A stretch of 64,000 nucleotides of DNA from Octopus bimaculoides (lineage: Eukaryota). The DNA is taken from contig NC_068992.1 of the NCBI RefSeq assembly GCF_001194135.2, positions 33,173,088-33,237,087 on the forward strand. The letters are read 5' to 3'. The notes below the pieces were generated by a model. It ran no database searches. It saw only the letters and a program-made list of their open reading frames with translations, and had not been told where the DNA came from. Of this stretch, positions 23,862 through 35,893 are shown one piece after another (positions within the stretch are counted from its first letter, which is position 1; the number at the start of each line of letters is the position of its first letter). A program made the position numbers and the translations under genes.

Positions 23862-24758
23862 TACTTTGTATTATAAATAATGCAGTTAATAGACCCTTAA
23901 GTACATTGTCTAAAGAGATTCAAACAAAACTAACTTCTATCTATAAATATGAAACTACCAATTGATTTTGCTCATCCATACAGTCTTCACTCCACACTCC
24001 AGCCTGCTATGCCAAAATTCTATGAACTATCTTCTAAGAGAATCCTACCTCTCAAAGGCTTTGTTTTATAAGACAACCCTCACACTATCCATTGGTATTA
24101 CAAGACAACATGAGCATGACAACCAATGACTTTAAAGAAGATTCATGCAGCACATGTACTCCTTCGGGTGTAAAGATGAAAAAAAAACTCTAACTCCCTG
24201 TCATAGAACCAACTTCTCTAACATCATATGGAACATTCTTTACAGAGGCTCCTCCTTACTCACTTGGAGTTTTTAATTGCTAACTGCTTTCAAGACAAAC
24301 TGAACATACCCCAGCAACCTGAAATATTGACGAGTAGGAAAACCAACCTATCCCACTGTTGTCACCCAAGATTTTCACTGTTAATGAACTTCAAATCATT
24401 GGCTACTGATAACTCAGAAAAACAATCCTATACCTAGCTGGCTCATCCCCAATGAAAGTGGACATAATCTCTGCTGCTCAAAGAGATTGTGGTCTACTAC
24501 TATCTTGCTTGTCACAATGATTGACATGCAATTTGCTATCACTAAAGTCATTAACACTCCACTCAGTATTATATTCTAACAGAATGCAGACCAGTGGGTG
24601 TTAACATCCCATCTGCTTTGTCATGTGGAGCATGAAATCAAAGAACTGATGTTGCTGAAATAACTTATCCTACAGATTGCTAACTAGCAGATGCCAACTT
24701 CCTGTTTATTCTACCATGTGAGCCATGCAATGAAAGAACTATGACGCTAAGATAAATA

Positions 24759-26064
24759 TCAGGTCATCTCATAGGTTCTCTCTGATCTTACCTTTTTTTT
24801 TTAAATTGAATGAAATTTAATAGTATTTTAGAATGTCTAATTGAATTTAAACTAATTAAATATTATTTTACAGAATAATAGAATAAAAATTTCTTTGATT
24901 AAAACCCTTTCTAACATGGAAGCATCCGAAGATCATTTAAGGCACATAATGCTTTATGACTACAAAAAGGGAAGCTCTGCAGCCGAAGTGGCTCAAAACA
25001 TACACTCAGTTTATGGGAAAGAATGTTTGAATGAAAGAACTTGCAGAAGATGGTTTGCAAAATTCAGAAGTGGAGATTTCAGCCTTGAAGATNNNNNNNN
25101 NNGGTTTGCAAAATTCAGAAGTGGAGATTTCAGCCTTGAAGATGAAGATCAAACAGGACATCCAGTTGAGCTTGATGATAAGCTCCTTGAGGCATTACTT
25201 GAAAAAAATCCTGTGTTATCAGTCGAAGAATTGGCAATAAAGCTTACTTCAAACCATACAACTGTTCATCTTCATCTTCAACAACTTAGAAAGGTTCCTA
25301 AACTTGGAAAATGGATGCCTCATGAATTATCCAAAAGCAACCATAAATCCTGAGTAGATATCTGCTCTTCTCTCCATTCTCGTGAACTCATTTCACCCTT
25401 TTTTGATAGACTTGTGACGAAATATGGATCTTCTATCGAAACGTTAAATGTCGTAAACAGTTGCTTGGTAAAAGAGAAAAAGCTCAACCACAACCGAGAA
25501 GGGAACTTCATGGAAAAAAAAATTCTTTTCTCTATCTGGTGGGATTGCAAAGGAGTAATTCACTTTGAATTGTTACCATCTAATGCAACAATCAATGATC
25601 AAGTCTACTGTCAGCAATTAGAGTGTTTCAACCAAGTTTTGAAGAAAAAAAGGCCCGCTTTAGTGAATCGAAAAGGAGTGATGTTTCATCAGGACAGTGC
25701 GCAACCCCACACTGCAAAGATCATGTTACCGAAGATCAAAGATCCTGGTTGGGAAAAAATTCATCATCCACCTTATTCTCCCGACCTTGCTCCTTCAGAC
25801 TACCATTTGTTTCATAGTTTACAGAATCATTTGGAGAACATAACTTTCGCAAGCCAGGAGGAGGTTGAAACTGACATTTCATAGTTCTTTGCTTTGAAAC
25901 CAAAAGAGTTTTACATTGATGGGATTAAAAAGCTTATAAATAGATGGAAGGAAGTCATAGATAATCAGGGGAAGTACATTGGTGATTAAATTTCAATTAA
26001 ATATAACATTTGATCATTTGCTTTCTTTATTCAAAATTCGGACAGAACTTATGGGATGACCTGA
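24759..26064 (+). mobile_element. Near full-length mariner (DD34D, Hsmar1/SETMAR-like) with ~30 bp TIRs and TA target duplication
   Basis: TIR tcaggtcatctcataggttctctctga vs tcggacagaacttatgggatgacctga; WMPHEL, FHQDSAQPH and YSPDLAPSDY motifs; frameshift and stops. Confidence 0.95.
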
Positions 26065-26074
26065 TAAAACAGCT

Positions 26075-26510
26075 TTCACTTTCAGTGATTGGACTGCAGC
26101 CATGGTGGAGCACTACTCTGAAGGATTTTAATTAATCAAATCAATCTCAGTACTTACTTTCATTAAAGTCTGGTATTTATTCAAATGACCTCTTTTGCCA
26201 AAATGTTACATTGTGGGGTCATAAACAAGCCAACTCTGATTGTCAAGCAATGGGGTGGGTTTACAAACACATAGACAAACATGCATATATATATATGTAT
26301 GTATGTATATATGTATGTATGTCTGCATACACATGCACGTGCGCACACACACACACACACTTTTCATCTACCAAATCCATTCACAAGGCTTTGGTCAACC
26401 TAAGACAATAACAGAAGGCACTTGCTCTAAGTGCCATGCAATGGATCTGAACCTAAATGTCATGTGCATAGGAAGTAGACTTATTAACACACAGCCATTC
26501 CTGCACCTGC
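26075..26510 (-). mobile_element. SINE family A, degraded
   Basis: Shared family blocks. Confidence 0.7.
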
Positions 26511-26599
26511 AAGCTTCTTACCACAGGGCTGAAATACTCTCATCTTGAAGTCATGGGGCAGATGCGAGTACAGTGAAGTAAAAATCTTTTAATGGCCAG

Positions 26600-28700
26600 A
26601 TGCTCTTCCTGTTGCCTAAACCCCTTTTGTTTCCAAGTGAGCTAATATTCTCCCAGTGCACCAATCAACAAACCATGCATTGACAAGATACCGAATGCAT
26701 TTTTGCCAAAGGACAAGAAGCTGGATTGACACAGTGCTGAATGGACAAAACGGAACAGACACCATAATGAAAACAAAACATTCCTCCCTACATAGTTTAA
26801 TGACCAATTCACCAATTTGGCATTTAAGATTTAACGAAATTAAAAATAGTTAAAAATGATAAAAATCATTCCTACCTAGTTTAATGACAATTCACCAATT
26901 TGTCACCTAAGATTTAACAAGATTAAAAATAGTTAAAAATAATTTTAAAAACATACCTACCTACATAGCTTAATGATCAATTCACCAATTGACACTTAAG
27001 ATTTAAGGAAATTATAAATGGTTCACTATTTAATTGCATATTTTTTTAAGTAAATCGTTTTGTGACCACAGTTTGACCATAGAATTCACTAAAACAACAT
27101 GTTGTGGCAGAAAGCCATACATTGTTGATAAAAAAAAGTTAAGGAAACCACTTACTGGAGATGTGAAGAACAAAAAGTGTGCAATGCTAAAATTAGAACT
27201 AGAAGTGATACCGAACATGGAAATGCTTTAAATCATTCACATCCTACAGATGGTGCTCATATTAATGTTTTAAAAGCATTAGATAAAATAAAGACTAGAG
27301 TCAAACAGACAGAGGAGGTGACATCATTATCATCATCATCATTTAACGTCTGTGACAAGCAGTGTAATTAATAATGTTATGGAAGAGCTGCCTCTCAGCA
27401 TTGCTGGTTCTCTGCCTAAAAGAAAAATGCTTGGAAGAATGGTAAGGTGAGCAAGAAAGATTGATGATAATGAAGACTTGGAAATAGCAACACATGGAGA
27501 AAAGTTTTGGATTTATGAAACTACTGCTGTTTCTATTTTATCGACAGAAAAATATTTAGAATTATTACCTAGTAAAAAAACATGGTTTGGCAATGGCACA
27601 TTTGATTCAGATCCCCAAGTAACAAATAAGAGAAAATGTAAGGCAAAATTTTTACATTTTTGAAAAGCAAAGATGTTCGAGATCCACATTCAATAACAAT
27701 TGGCTTCAAACGAGCAACAATAAATAAAACTTTACTAATACATCTATATTGTGTGGTTTCTTTCATTTTGGGCAATGTTTATGGTGCAATATCCAGTTCT
27801 GTGGATTACAACACAGGTATGTTGAAACCAGTAATGCCCTTTTCATCAAGCAGTTGCAAGCACTTGTCTTTGTCCCACCCACAGATATACATGAATTATT
27901 TTACAAACTAGTGAATTCCTTAGATGCCAAAACTAATGAGTTATTAAGTGATTATCTTGTTTACTTTGAAATTATATGGTTAGGAATAGTCCAGAGAGGG
28001 AGTTGGAGGAAATCAATTTTTGATGTTGATTTGTGGTCTGTCTACACTTGAGTTCATAATTTTCCAAGAACAAACAATTCTCTTGAAGGCTTGACACCAG
28101 GCTTTTAAAAAAAGGCTTTACACAACTCATCCCGCAGTCACCAAACTACTAAAGGTTATTAGAAATGAGCAGGCATCCAATGAAATTCTAATTGAGCAGG
28201 CTACTATAGGGATAGACATATCATGACCTGGAAAAAATATACCATTAACGATAGGATAAAAACCATTTGTGGTTCTTATGATAAAGAAGAAGTATTGGCA
28301 TTTCTACGATCTTTGGCTCACAATTTTTAAACACTCCTATTTATGTTTTATACATTTTAATATGTCAACTGTAATAATTTTAAAATAGACATCTGATCAC
28401 ATTATTTTTGTATGTTTACATAGTAAATCAAGTAAAGAAACCTATTTAAAAAGAGGTTTTATATATTAGTTTTTCAACATTTTAGTCTGTCAAATGGTCA
28501 TATTGTAGGAATAAAATTATCATATATTTTAATTTTCATATGCCTTTTCAGTCTCTTTCTATTCGGTTTTATATCCATTTGGCATTGTGTTCATGGCTCC
28601 ATTTCATTGTGAAAATGTTCATAGTGTGCTTTGTTTTTCTTGGCTATGGTTAGTTATAATATGCAACACAACGTTCTAAAAATCAAGCAATGCCTGTGTC
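26600..28700 (+). mobile_element. Mutator-like (MULE) DNA transposon with FLYWCH domain, decayed
   Basis: YWRCEEQKVCNAKI...NHSH (FLYWCH-like), WFGNGTF, GFFHFGQCLW..IQ..GL, ALVFVP, YFE..WLG and PRTNNSLEG motifs; weak inverted similarity between ~26700-26770 and ~28560-28610. Confidence 0.8.
26790..27015 (+). repeat. Three tandem ~85 bp units in the MULE 5' region
   Basis: tagtttaatgac(c)aattcaccaattt...taagatttaa repeated at about 26794, 26877 and 26966. Confidence 0.85.
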
Positions 28701-29289
28701 TGATGTTTGTTTCAGTGTGGGAAGACCTTACTCAGGGTTAATTCCACTCTCTAAACAATGTGCACACTTAACCACAAAGAAAAGTGTTCTTCATAATTGA
28801 ATGCAAACAAAGTCACAAGTGCTACGTAAAAGTTTTCCTTCTAGAGTGATGCCTAAACAAAGACTAGGGGTGGGGGGACACTCATTACTAGCTGTTGGAT
28901 GGCCATTGACGCTACTGAATGCATCTGTCCTTTGACAGGACTTGCGTTTTGTCTGGCAGTATGTCCAGCAAAAACCATCTGCTTTACAAATCACCTTTGG
29001 TAAGGTTGTTGGTTTGATTACTGTCAACCAGCAAGGTGACAAAGTTGTATGGAGTAACATTTGAAATTTAATCATCATGATTAGTAATAACATTTTCCTC
29101 TTTGAAACTAGTGTTCTGATTTCTGTGGCAAAAAATTAGGTTAGAAACGCTACCGTAGCTAGGTGGGGCGTAGTAGGGATGGTCCACTCTGGTTGGCACT
29201 TTTGGGTCTGTTGTAGGCAATATGTGTTTTCTTGGGGTCTGGGGGATTGCCCCAGGCAACACACACTCAAGCTATGCTAGATTTAGAAG

Positions 29290-30130
29290 AGAAGAAGAAT
29301 ATGGAACATTGTTTTTAATATCATCCCCATTTCTGAATGTTTTTCCACTGGTTAAGTGAGTGTGAAAGTGAAAATTTGATATCTTTGAGTCTGGTGAGTT
29401 GGGACAGTAAGGTAGTGCTTCCCAGCCTAATGAATTTATTTTTGTCTTGGTTTATCTTTGCTGAATGTGGCCTTGCATTATCATGTTGCAGGATTACTCT
29501 CAATTCATTGACTAGAGCTGGTTGGTTTTTGAGCAAAAACTTGATTAGCACATTCATATTGTTCACAATAAATTTCAGTGTTGATGCTATGTCTTCCACC
29601 AAATGCACAGCAAACTTTTTTTCGTGTGTGTAGATCTGGTTTGGGTGTTGGAACTAGATTTTCATTTGGCAATGGCCACTGCTTCTTACATTTTATACTA
29701 TCCATTTCTCATTACTTATTACAATTCAGTTCAGAAAAGGTGCTTATTCATTCCTGATTATCAAATTGTTGAACGTACTACTTTATTCTTGGAGACAGCT
29801 AATAAGGTATCCACTTCCCCTCTCTTTACACTTTCCTAATTTGAATGAGATGATCTTGCACAGTGGACTGAGGCTTATCAAGCATCCTAGATAGGATCTC
29901 ACTACATTGATATAGATTCCTTTCTATTACTGTTTCCACTGCATCATTGTTGAGAATAGCTGATCTTCCTGATTGACATTCATTCAAAATCACTGCTTTT
30001 GGATTGGTTACACCACCTTTGGCATTTCCAACATTCTCACCTTCAGAATATATAACACATAGGCTTTCTTTACACATTTTGTAGTTTTGCTCTTACAAAA
30101 TTTGTAAAGCATGTAAATGCTGCATATACA
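29290..30130 (-). mobile_element. Decayed mariner element
   Basis: ECQSGRSAILNND, STVQDHL..I.KV and PALVN...VILQHDNARPHSAK motifs. Confidence 0.8.
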
Positions 30131-30332
30131 GCTCACTAAAGTCCTTTTCTGTCATGAGTTTTCATTGCATATACTCACAAGATGTGTGGCCTTGTTAATG
30201 TTTGGTCAATAATTCTTATTGGTTGATTGCAAAGACCATCTTACTGGCTAAACTTTTTGTGGCATGACCTCTGACTATTTGCTTGAAAATATAACCTTAC
30301 TGTATAGTAACCCTAATATATATATATATATA

Positions 30333-30652
30333 NNNNNNNNNNNNNNNNNNNNNNNNNNNNNNNNNNNNNNNNNNNNNNNNNNNNNNNNNNNNNNNNNNNN
30401 NNNNNNNNNNNNNNNNNNNNNNNNNNNNNNNNNNNNNNNNNNNNNNNNNNNNNNNNNNNNNNNNNNNNNNNNNNNNNNNNNNNNNNNNNNNNNNNNNNNN
30501 NNNNNNNNNNNNNNNNNNNNNNNNNNNNNNNNNNNNNNNNNNNNNNNNNNNNNNNNNNNNNNNNNNNNNNNNNNNNNNNNNNNNNNNNNNNNNNNNNNNN
30601 NNNNNNNNNNNNNNNNNNNNNNNNNNNNNNNNNNNNNNNNNNNNNNNNNNNN
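30333..30652. other. Assembly gap
   Basis: N run. Confidence 0.99.
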
Positions 30653-30799
30653 AAGTCACACCCTGTATATACATATATGTGTGTGTTCCTATGAGAATGA
30701 TTTTATAGAAAAAAACTAATATCTTTTCTACTACAAGAACAAAGCATTAAATAAGGAGGAGGAGGAGGAGGAGGAGGAGATAGCCAATTACATTGACTC

Positions 30800-30940
30800 T
30801 TACGTCTAATTGGTACTTATTATATTAACCCTGAAATTTACTTTGGCAGAACTTGAACTCAGGATAGAAAGATAGTTGAAATGCTGTTAAACATTTTGTC
30901 TAGTGTGCTTATGATTCTGTCAGCTCACTACCTCAGAAAC
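30800..30940 (-). mobile_element. SINE family B, degraded
   Basis: ggtacttattatattaaccctgaa...ggcagaacttgaactcag. Confidence 0.6.
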
Positions 30941-31580
30941 GCCTAATATCGACAGCAGTATATTACCTGAGGCAAGAAAGAAAATCCTATCTGGTTGCCC
31001 CCACTTTCAGAAGTAACAAACGTATTTCCAACAAATGACAATTACTTTTTTAAAAATAAAAATATTCATCTGATTATGTCATCCATGTTATTTACTGTCT
31101 GAAAACAGAACAGATGGTCACAAATGGAATATCCTTGATCATAAATCTGGTAAACAACATGACATTGATAGTAACAACATTACATTACTATATTACTTTT
31201 AGCAGTAGTATGCCTGAAGCGTTACACAGTGGATGTATTGCAGTGGTTGTCCTTAATATTTTATGCTCAATGGTACACATTCTTGAACCTGTCTATGAAA
31301 ATTTTTAGCTTGTAAAACATTGAATGACAACAATTCCATAAGGGGAAACTGACATAACACACCACAAAACACATGAATTAATTCTCTGTAAGGAGGTTTA
31401 TTTGTCCTTATTCTAAATGAAGGAAAACAAAATCCAATGAGTTGCATGATGTAACAATCATAATTTCAAGTTTATTCGATTTCATTTAGCTTATAGAACT
31501 ACATCATATTTGACAGAACCAAAACTACATGTTCCCTTTAGAGAGAAGAAATATTTCAGAGAAAAATCATATTATATCTA

Positions 31581-31621
<41 letters not shown>

Positions 31622-31856
31622 GTCTGTGTGTGTGTGTGTGTGTGTGTGGTGGTTGATTCACTTTGTACCAGTGAGGTAAATGTTTCCATTGTTTCGTTTT
31701 CTTTTTCATATTGTTACCTAAATGTAGAGGGGGTGTGATGTTTCGAGCATGACTCCTTATCAGAAAGAAGAGGAAAAAGTCCAGAGAGAAGGAAAAGTAT
31801 AGTTAAAAAACAGCACATGTCATTATATGGCTAAAAAGTAATGTGTGTGTGCATAT

Positions 31857-32112
31857 NNNNNNNNNNNNNNNNNNNNNNNNNNNNNNNNNNNNNNNNNNNN
31901 NNNNNNNNNNNNNNNNNNNNNNNNNNNNNNNNNNNNNNNNNNNNNNNNNNNNNNNNNNNNNNNNNNNNNNNNNNNNNNNNNNNNNNNNNNNNNNNNNNNN
32001 NNNNNNNNNNNNNNNNNNNNNNNNNNNNNNNNNNNNNNNNNNNNNNNNNNNNNNNNNNNNNNNNNNNNNNNNNNNNNNNNNNNNNNNNNNNNNNNNNNNN
32101 NNNNNNNNNNNN
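31857..32112. other. Assembly gap
   Basis: N run. Confidence 0.99.
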
Positions 32113-32394
32113 TATATTAGTTAATTAAATTCCAATTTAGTCTGGTTTTTGTGTTTTATTATCTGCAAGTTTTACAATTTTACAATTTTACAATATTGAA
32201 ATAAACTAGTACTTTCATTCATTACACAATCAATAGGTTTATGCAGTGACAGTCGTGTTCTACAGTCATTATATAAACCTGATGATTATGTGACACATGA
32301 ACGTACTAGTTTATTTCAATATTGTAAAATTGTAAAATTTGCAAATAATAAAACATGAAAATCAGACTAAGTTGGAATTTCATTGATTAATATA
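32113..32394. mobile_element. Fold-back palindrome with HHR-like motif in each arm
   Basis: ~135 bp arms around a ~14 nt loop; right arm UAAAC-CUGAUGA-UUAUGUGACACAU-GAAC-GUACU-A-GUUUA at 32274-32313. Confidence 0.85.
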
Positions 32395-33129
32395 TTGTTC
32401 TATACACAATCATACAAACTCAGATATAGATATAAATTAGCACTTCCAGCATAACTCAGATAGGTTGCTTATAATACAAATAGACTGCAGTGAAAGTCCT
32501 TCAAAATCATTTCATGCAAATGCTAAGAAGTTGATGAAATTTCATCAGTACCACGGGATGGCATTACCATATTATGTGATTTCCCCATGATGTGGTTCAT
32601 CAGTGGCAGCTAGTTAAGCTCCAAATGCCTGAATGAAAACCTGTCAAACTGATATTGAATGTTACTGGCAAAACAACCAATGATGTTGTAAAAAGCTAGT
32701 GGATCATGTATAAGTTAGCTATTAGAGACAGAAGTAGTCTTTGTAACAAACATTAATTAGAACATCCAACCTAACTTTGATGTGTTATAAAACCATTAAC
32801 TGTTGTGATCATCCCCAAAAACTCATTTCATGTAAGCAACAAATGCTAAGAAGCATCTTAATGGGTTAGCCAAAGCTTTGTGTGTGGATATGGTAAACAG
32901 AAACTGAAAGAAACCCTTGTGTGTGTATGTGTGTATTATCGAGCAGTTGAGGGGAGGGGAACAAACAGAGTCACGTTGTTCCCCTCTCCTCAATTGTTTG
33001 ACATCCCCTTAATTTAGCATTTTGTCTTAAGGGGCTGACAGAATATGTTTAAAAATAGAAGAAATACTGGGGTCAATTTTTTCATCTAAAGCAATTCAAG
33101 AAGGTGTCTCAGCATTGCTACTTTTTTTT

Positions 33130-33719
33130 CTACTCTAGGCACAAGGCCCGAAATTAGATCAGCCCCATTGTGGAATTGGTACTTAATTTATCAACCCTGA
33201 AAGGATGAAAGGCAAAGTCAACCTCAGCAGAATTTGAACTCAGAGCATAAAAACAGACAAAATACTTATTTCTTTATTGCTCACAAGGGGCTAAACATAG
33301 AGGACAAACAAGGACAGACAAAGGGATTAAGTCGATTACATCGACCCCAGTGCGTAACAGGTACTTAATTTATCGATCCTGAAAGGATGAAAGGCGAAGT
33401 CAACCTTGGCAGAATTTGAACTCAGAACGTAGCGGCAGAACATTTCATCCAGCGTGTTAACGTTTCTGCCAGCACACCGCCTTAACAAAAACAGACGAAA
33501 TACTGCTAAGTATTTTGGTAAGCTGGCAGAAACGTTAGCACACTGGGCGAAATGCTTAGCAGCATTTCAACTGTCTTTAAGTTCTGAGATCTCCGCAGAG
33601 GTCAACTTTGCCTTTCATCTTTTCAGGGTCGAGAAATTAAGTACCGGTTTCATACTGGCGTCGATCTAATCGACTGGCACCCCCTCCCCAAACATTTTGT
33701 GCCTTGTGCCTAGAGTAGA

Positions 33720-33720
<1 letters not shown>
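33130..33720. mobile_element. Cluster of three SINE family B copies (nested and head-to-head)
   Basis: Minus copy 33267-33486 flanked by an 18 bp duplication; plus copy 33517-33720. Confidence 0.85.
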
Positions 33721-33759
<39 letters not shown>

Positions 33760-35054
33760 CTTGGGCATACACACACACACACACACATACATACCATGGG
33801 CCTGTGTTCTGTGTCTTCTACTATAGACTTAGGCCAATTGATGCCTTTTGAGTGAATTTGGTTGACAGAAGCAGTACAAAGCCTTTCATGCATTATCTTA
33901 TCAATAAATTGTCTGAGGTTTGGAAGATAAATGGAATGTAAACTCCATTAGTTGAAAACAGGCACAGTTTAATAAGAGTATGGGTTTCCTACTGTAATTC
34001 AAGCCCCAGTAATATATATTTATTTATGTCTATTCCATGCTGTTATGAAAAAATAGATGCCAGACAAAATGAATGAATAATACACACACACCAAGACACA
34101 CATATATGCACACATAAATATGTGCAATACATACATAAATACATAATAAATATATGCATACATATATACATACCTATGATTTATTCATATGAAAAGCGAG
34201 GAAATTGGTAACATTCATAATATTTATGATTTATCAGTAATAGTTGCTGTCTGAGTTATCATACACTTTAAAAAAATCTCGACTGTAAAGAATTAAAATA
34301 AATGTATTCACATTTCTATATATATTTTCAACTGATAAAACATAGCATATGCTTTGTACTTCTATAAAGTTTTGTAAAAAGATTTACTACAAAGAAGAAC
34401 ATAGAAATCAAAATAACGAAATCTGTACTAAATAGGAAAAAAACCCATATAAAGCCATTTTATTTTCCAATAATCTGTTCTGAAATATTTTATTTTCTCA
34501 GTAGCTCTTCAAGTCATTGCACAGCTGAAGCTTCCAACCAAAACCTAAGAACCTTATTTTCTTACTTAGATGCTTTTAAATTTATTTTTTAATGCTAAAA
34601 ATAGCAATTGTTTTCACTGCAATCACATTTTGAATAATTGGAGAAGAAAGTATTTGTCTTCTTCCCAGTGCATTTCTAAACAAAGTATGATTTGTTTCTT
34701 TGTGAAAGCTGCTACATTTTGTCAAATCCTATTCTAACTTTGATGGTAAAACAGTAAATGTATGCATGGCTACATCTTTCTGAAAGATATTTTAGCTCTC
34801 TCTTGCCAAATATCCATGAAGTTTTGTGGAGGCTGGTTTAAATGGTAGATGGTAGATATTGTATCTCTTTAGTTGAGAAATAAATTCCTTTGACCTATGT
34901 TGAAATTTTTTCTTTCTTTTTTGCAATAAAATAAAGGGTTTCCCATCAAAGTGAGCGATTAAATATCTATCTGTCAATACAAATAAGTTGGCCATTATAT
35001 TTCAAGATAATTTATTGATAAATTCTTGATATCTAGAAAGCTTTTAGGGGTATT

Positions 35055-35260
35055 GATGGCAGAGTTGGTAGAATATTAGACAAAATGTCTTGTAGTATTT
35101 AATTATGCTCATTATGCTGCAAGCTTAAATTCCATCAGTGTCAACATAAGACTTAACTTTCATACAAAAACAAGTAGTAACCAGGCACTGAGATCGGTTT
35201 TAAATTACCTGAACTCTGTCTAAATAATGTATGGCCTTGTTCTAATGTTAAAAGCTAATA
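35055..35260 (+). mobile_element. SINE family B, degraded
   Basis: ggcagagttggtagaatattag head and ggccttgttcta tail. Confidence 0.55.
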
Positions 35261-35559
35261 TTTGTAAACATGTCAATTTAATGTACTTTCAATGAATGCT
35301 ATAACCTGAGAGAGGAAATAATACATGATGTATGTATTATGTATTTTTTTGGATTAAATTATGGTTATGTCTTTACAAATAATATTGATTAGTGGTTCTT
35401 AAGATTTGTTGCCCAATCATACTGTTCACTATGTTTCAGAATGTCTTTACCCTCTTTCCATGATTTTCTATGTCAAAAGGTATATTCCAAATAATATGCA
35501 TACAATATGAAAACTCTTTCATTTGTTCTTATATTAGTACATTTATATTTACTGATAGT

Positions 35560-35893
35560 GAAGGCATATGGCTCAGTGGTTAGAGCGTCGAGCTTACAAT
35601 CATGAGGTTGTGAGTTCGAGTCCCAGACCGGGCTGTGTGCTGTGTTCTTGAGCAAGACACCTTATTTCACATTGCTCCAGTTCACTCAACTGTAGAAATG
35701 GGTTGTGACGTCACAGGTGCCAAGCTGTATCGGGCTTTGCCTTTCTCTTGGATAACACTGGTGGTGTGGAGAGGGGTGGCCGGTATGCATGGGTGACTGC
35801 TGGTCTTCCATAAACAACCTTGCCTGGACTTGTACCTGGGAGGGTAACTTTCTAGGTGCAATCCCATTGTCAGTCATGACCAAAGGGGGTCTC
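35560..35893 (+). mobile_element. tRNA-derived SINE, family D
   Basis: A box TGGCTCAGTGG, B box GAGTTCGAGTCC; matches 13711-14045. Confidence 0.9.

Noticed and set aside
25052-25143. 41 bp duplication inside the mariner ORF
   Set aside because: Identical copies either side of a 10-N gap; assembly artefact
26790-27015. Regularly spaced repeats as a possible CRISPR array
   Set aside because: Units are tandem and AT-rich without unique spacers; eukaryotic TE context
28700-29280. Possible LINE 5' region on the minus strand
   Set aside because: No motif clear enough to assign
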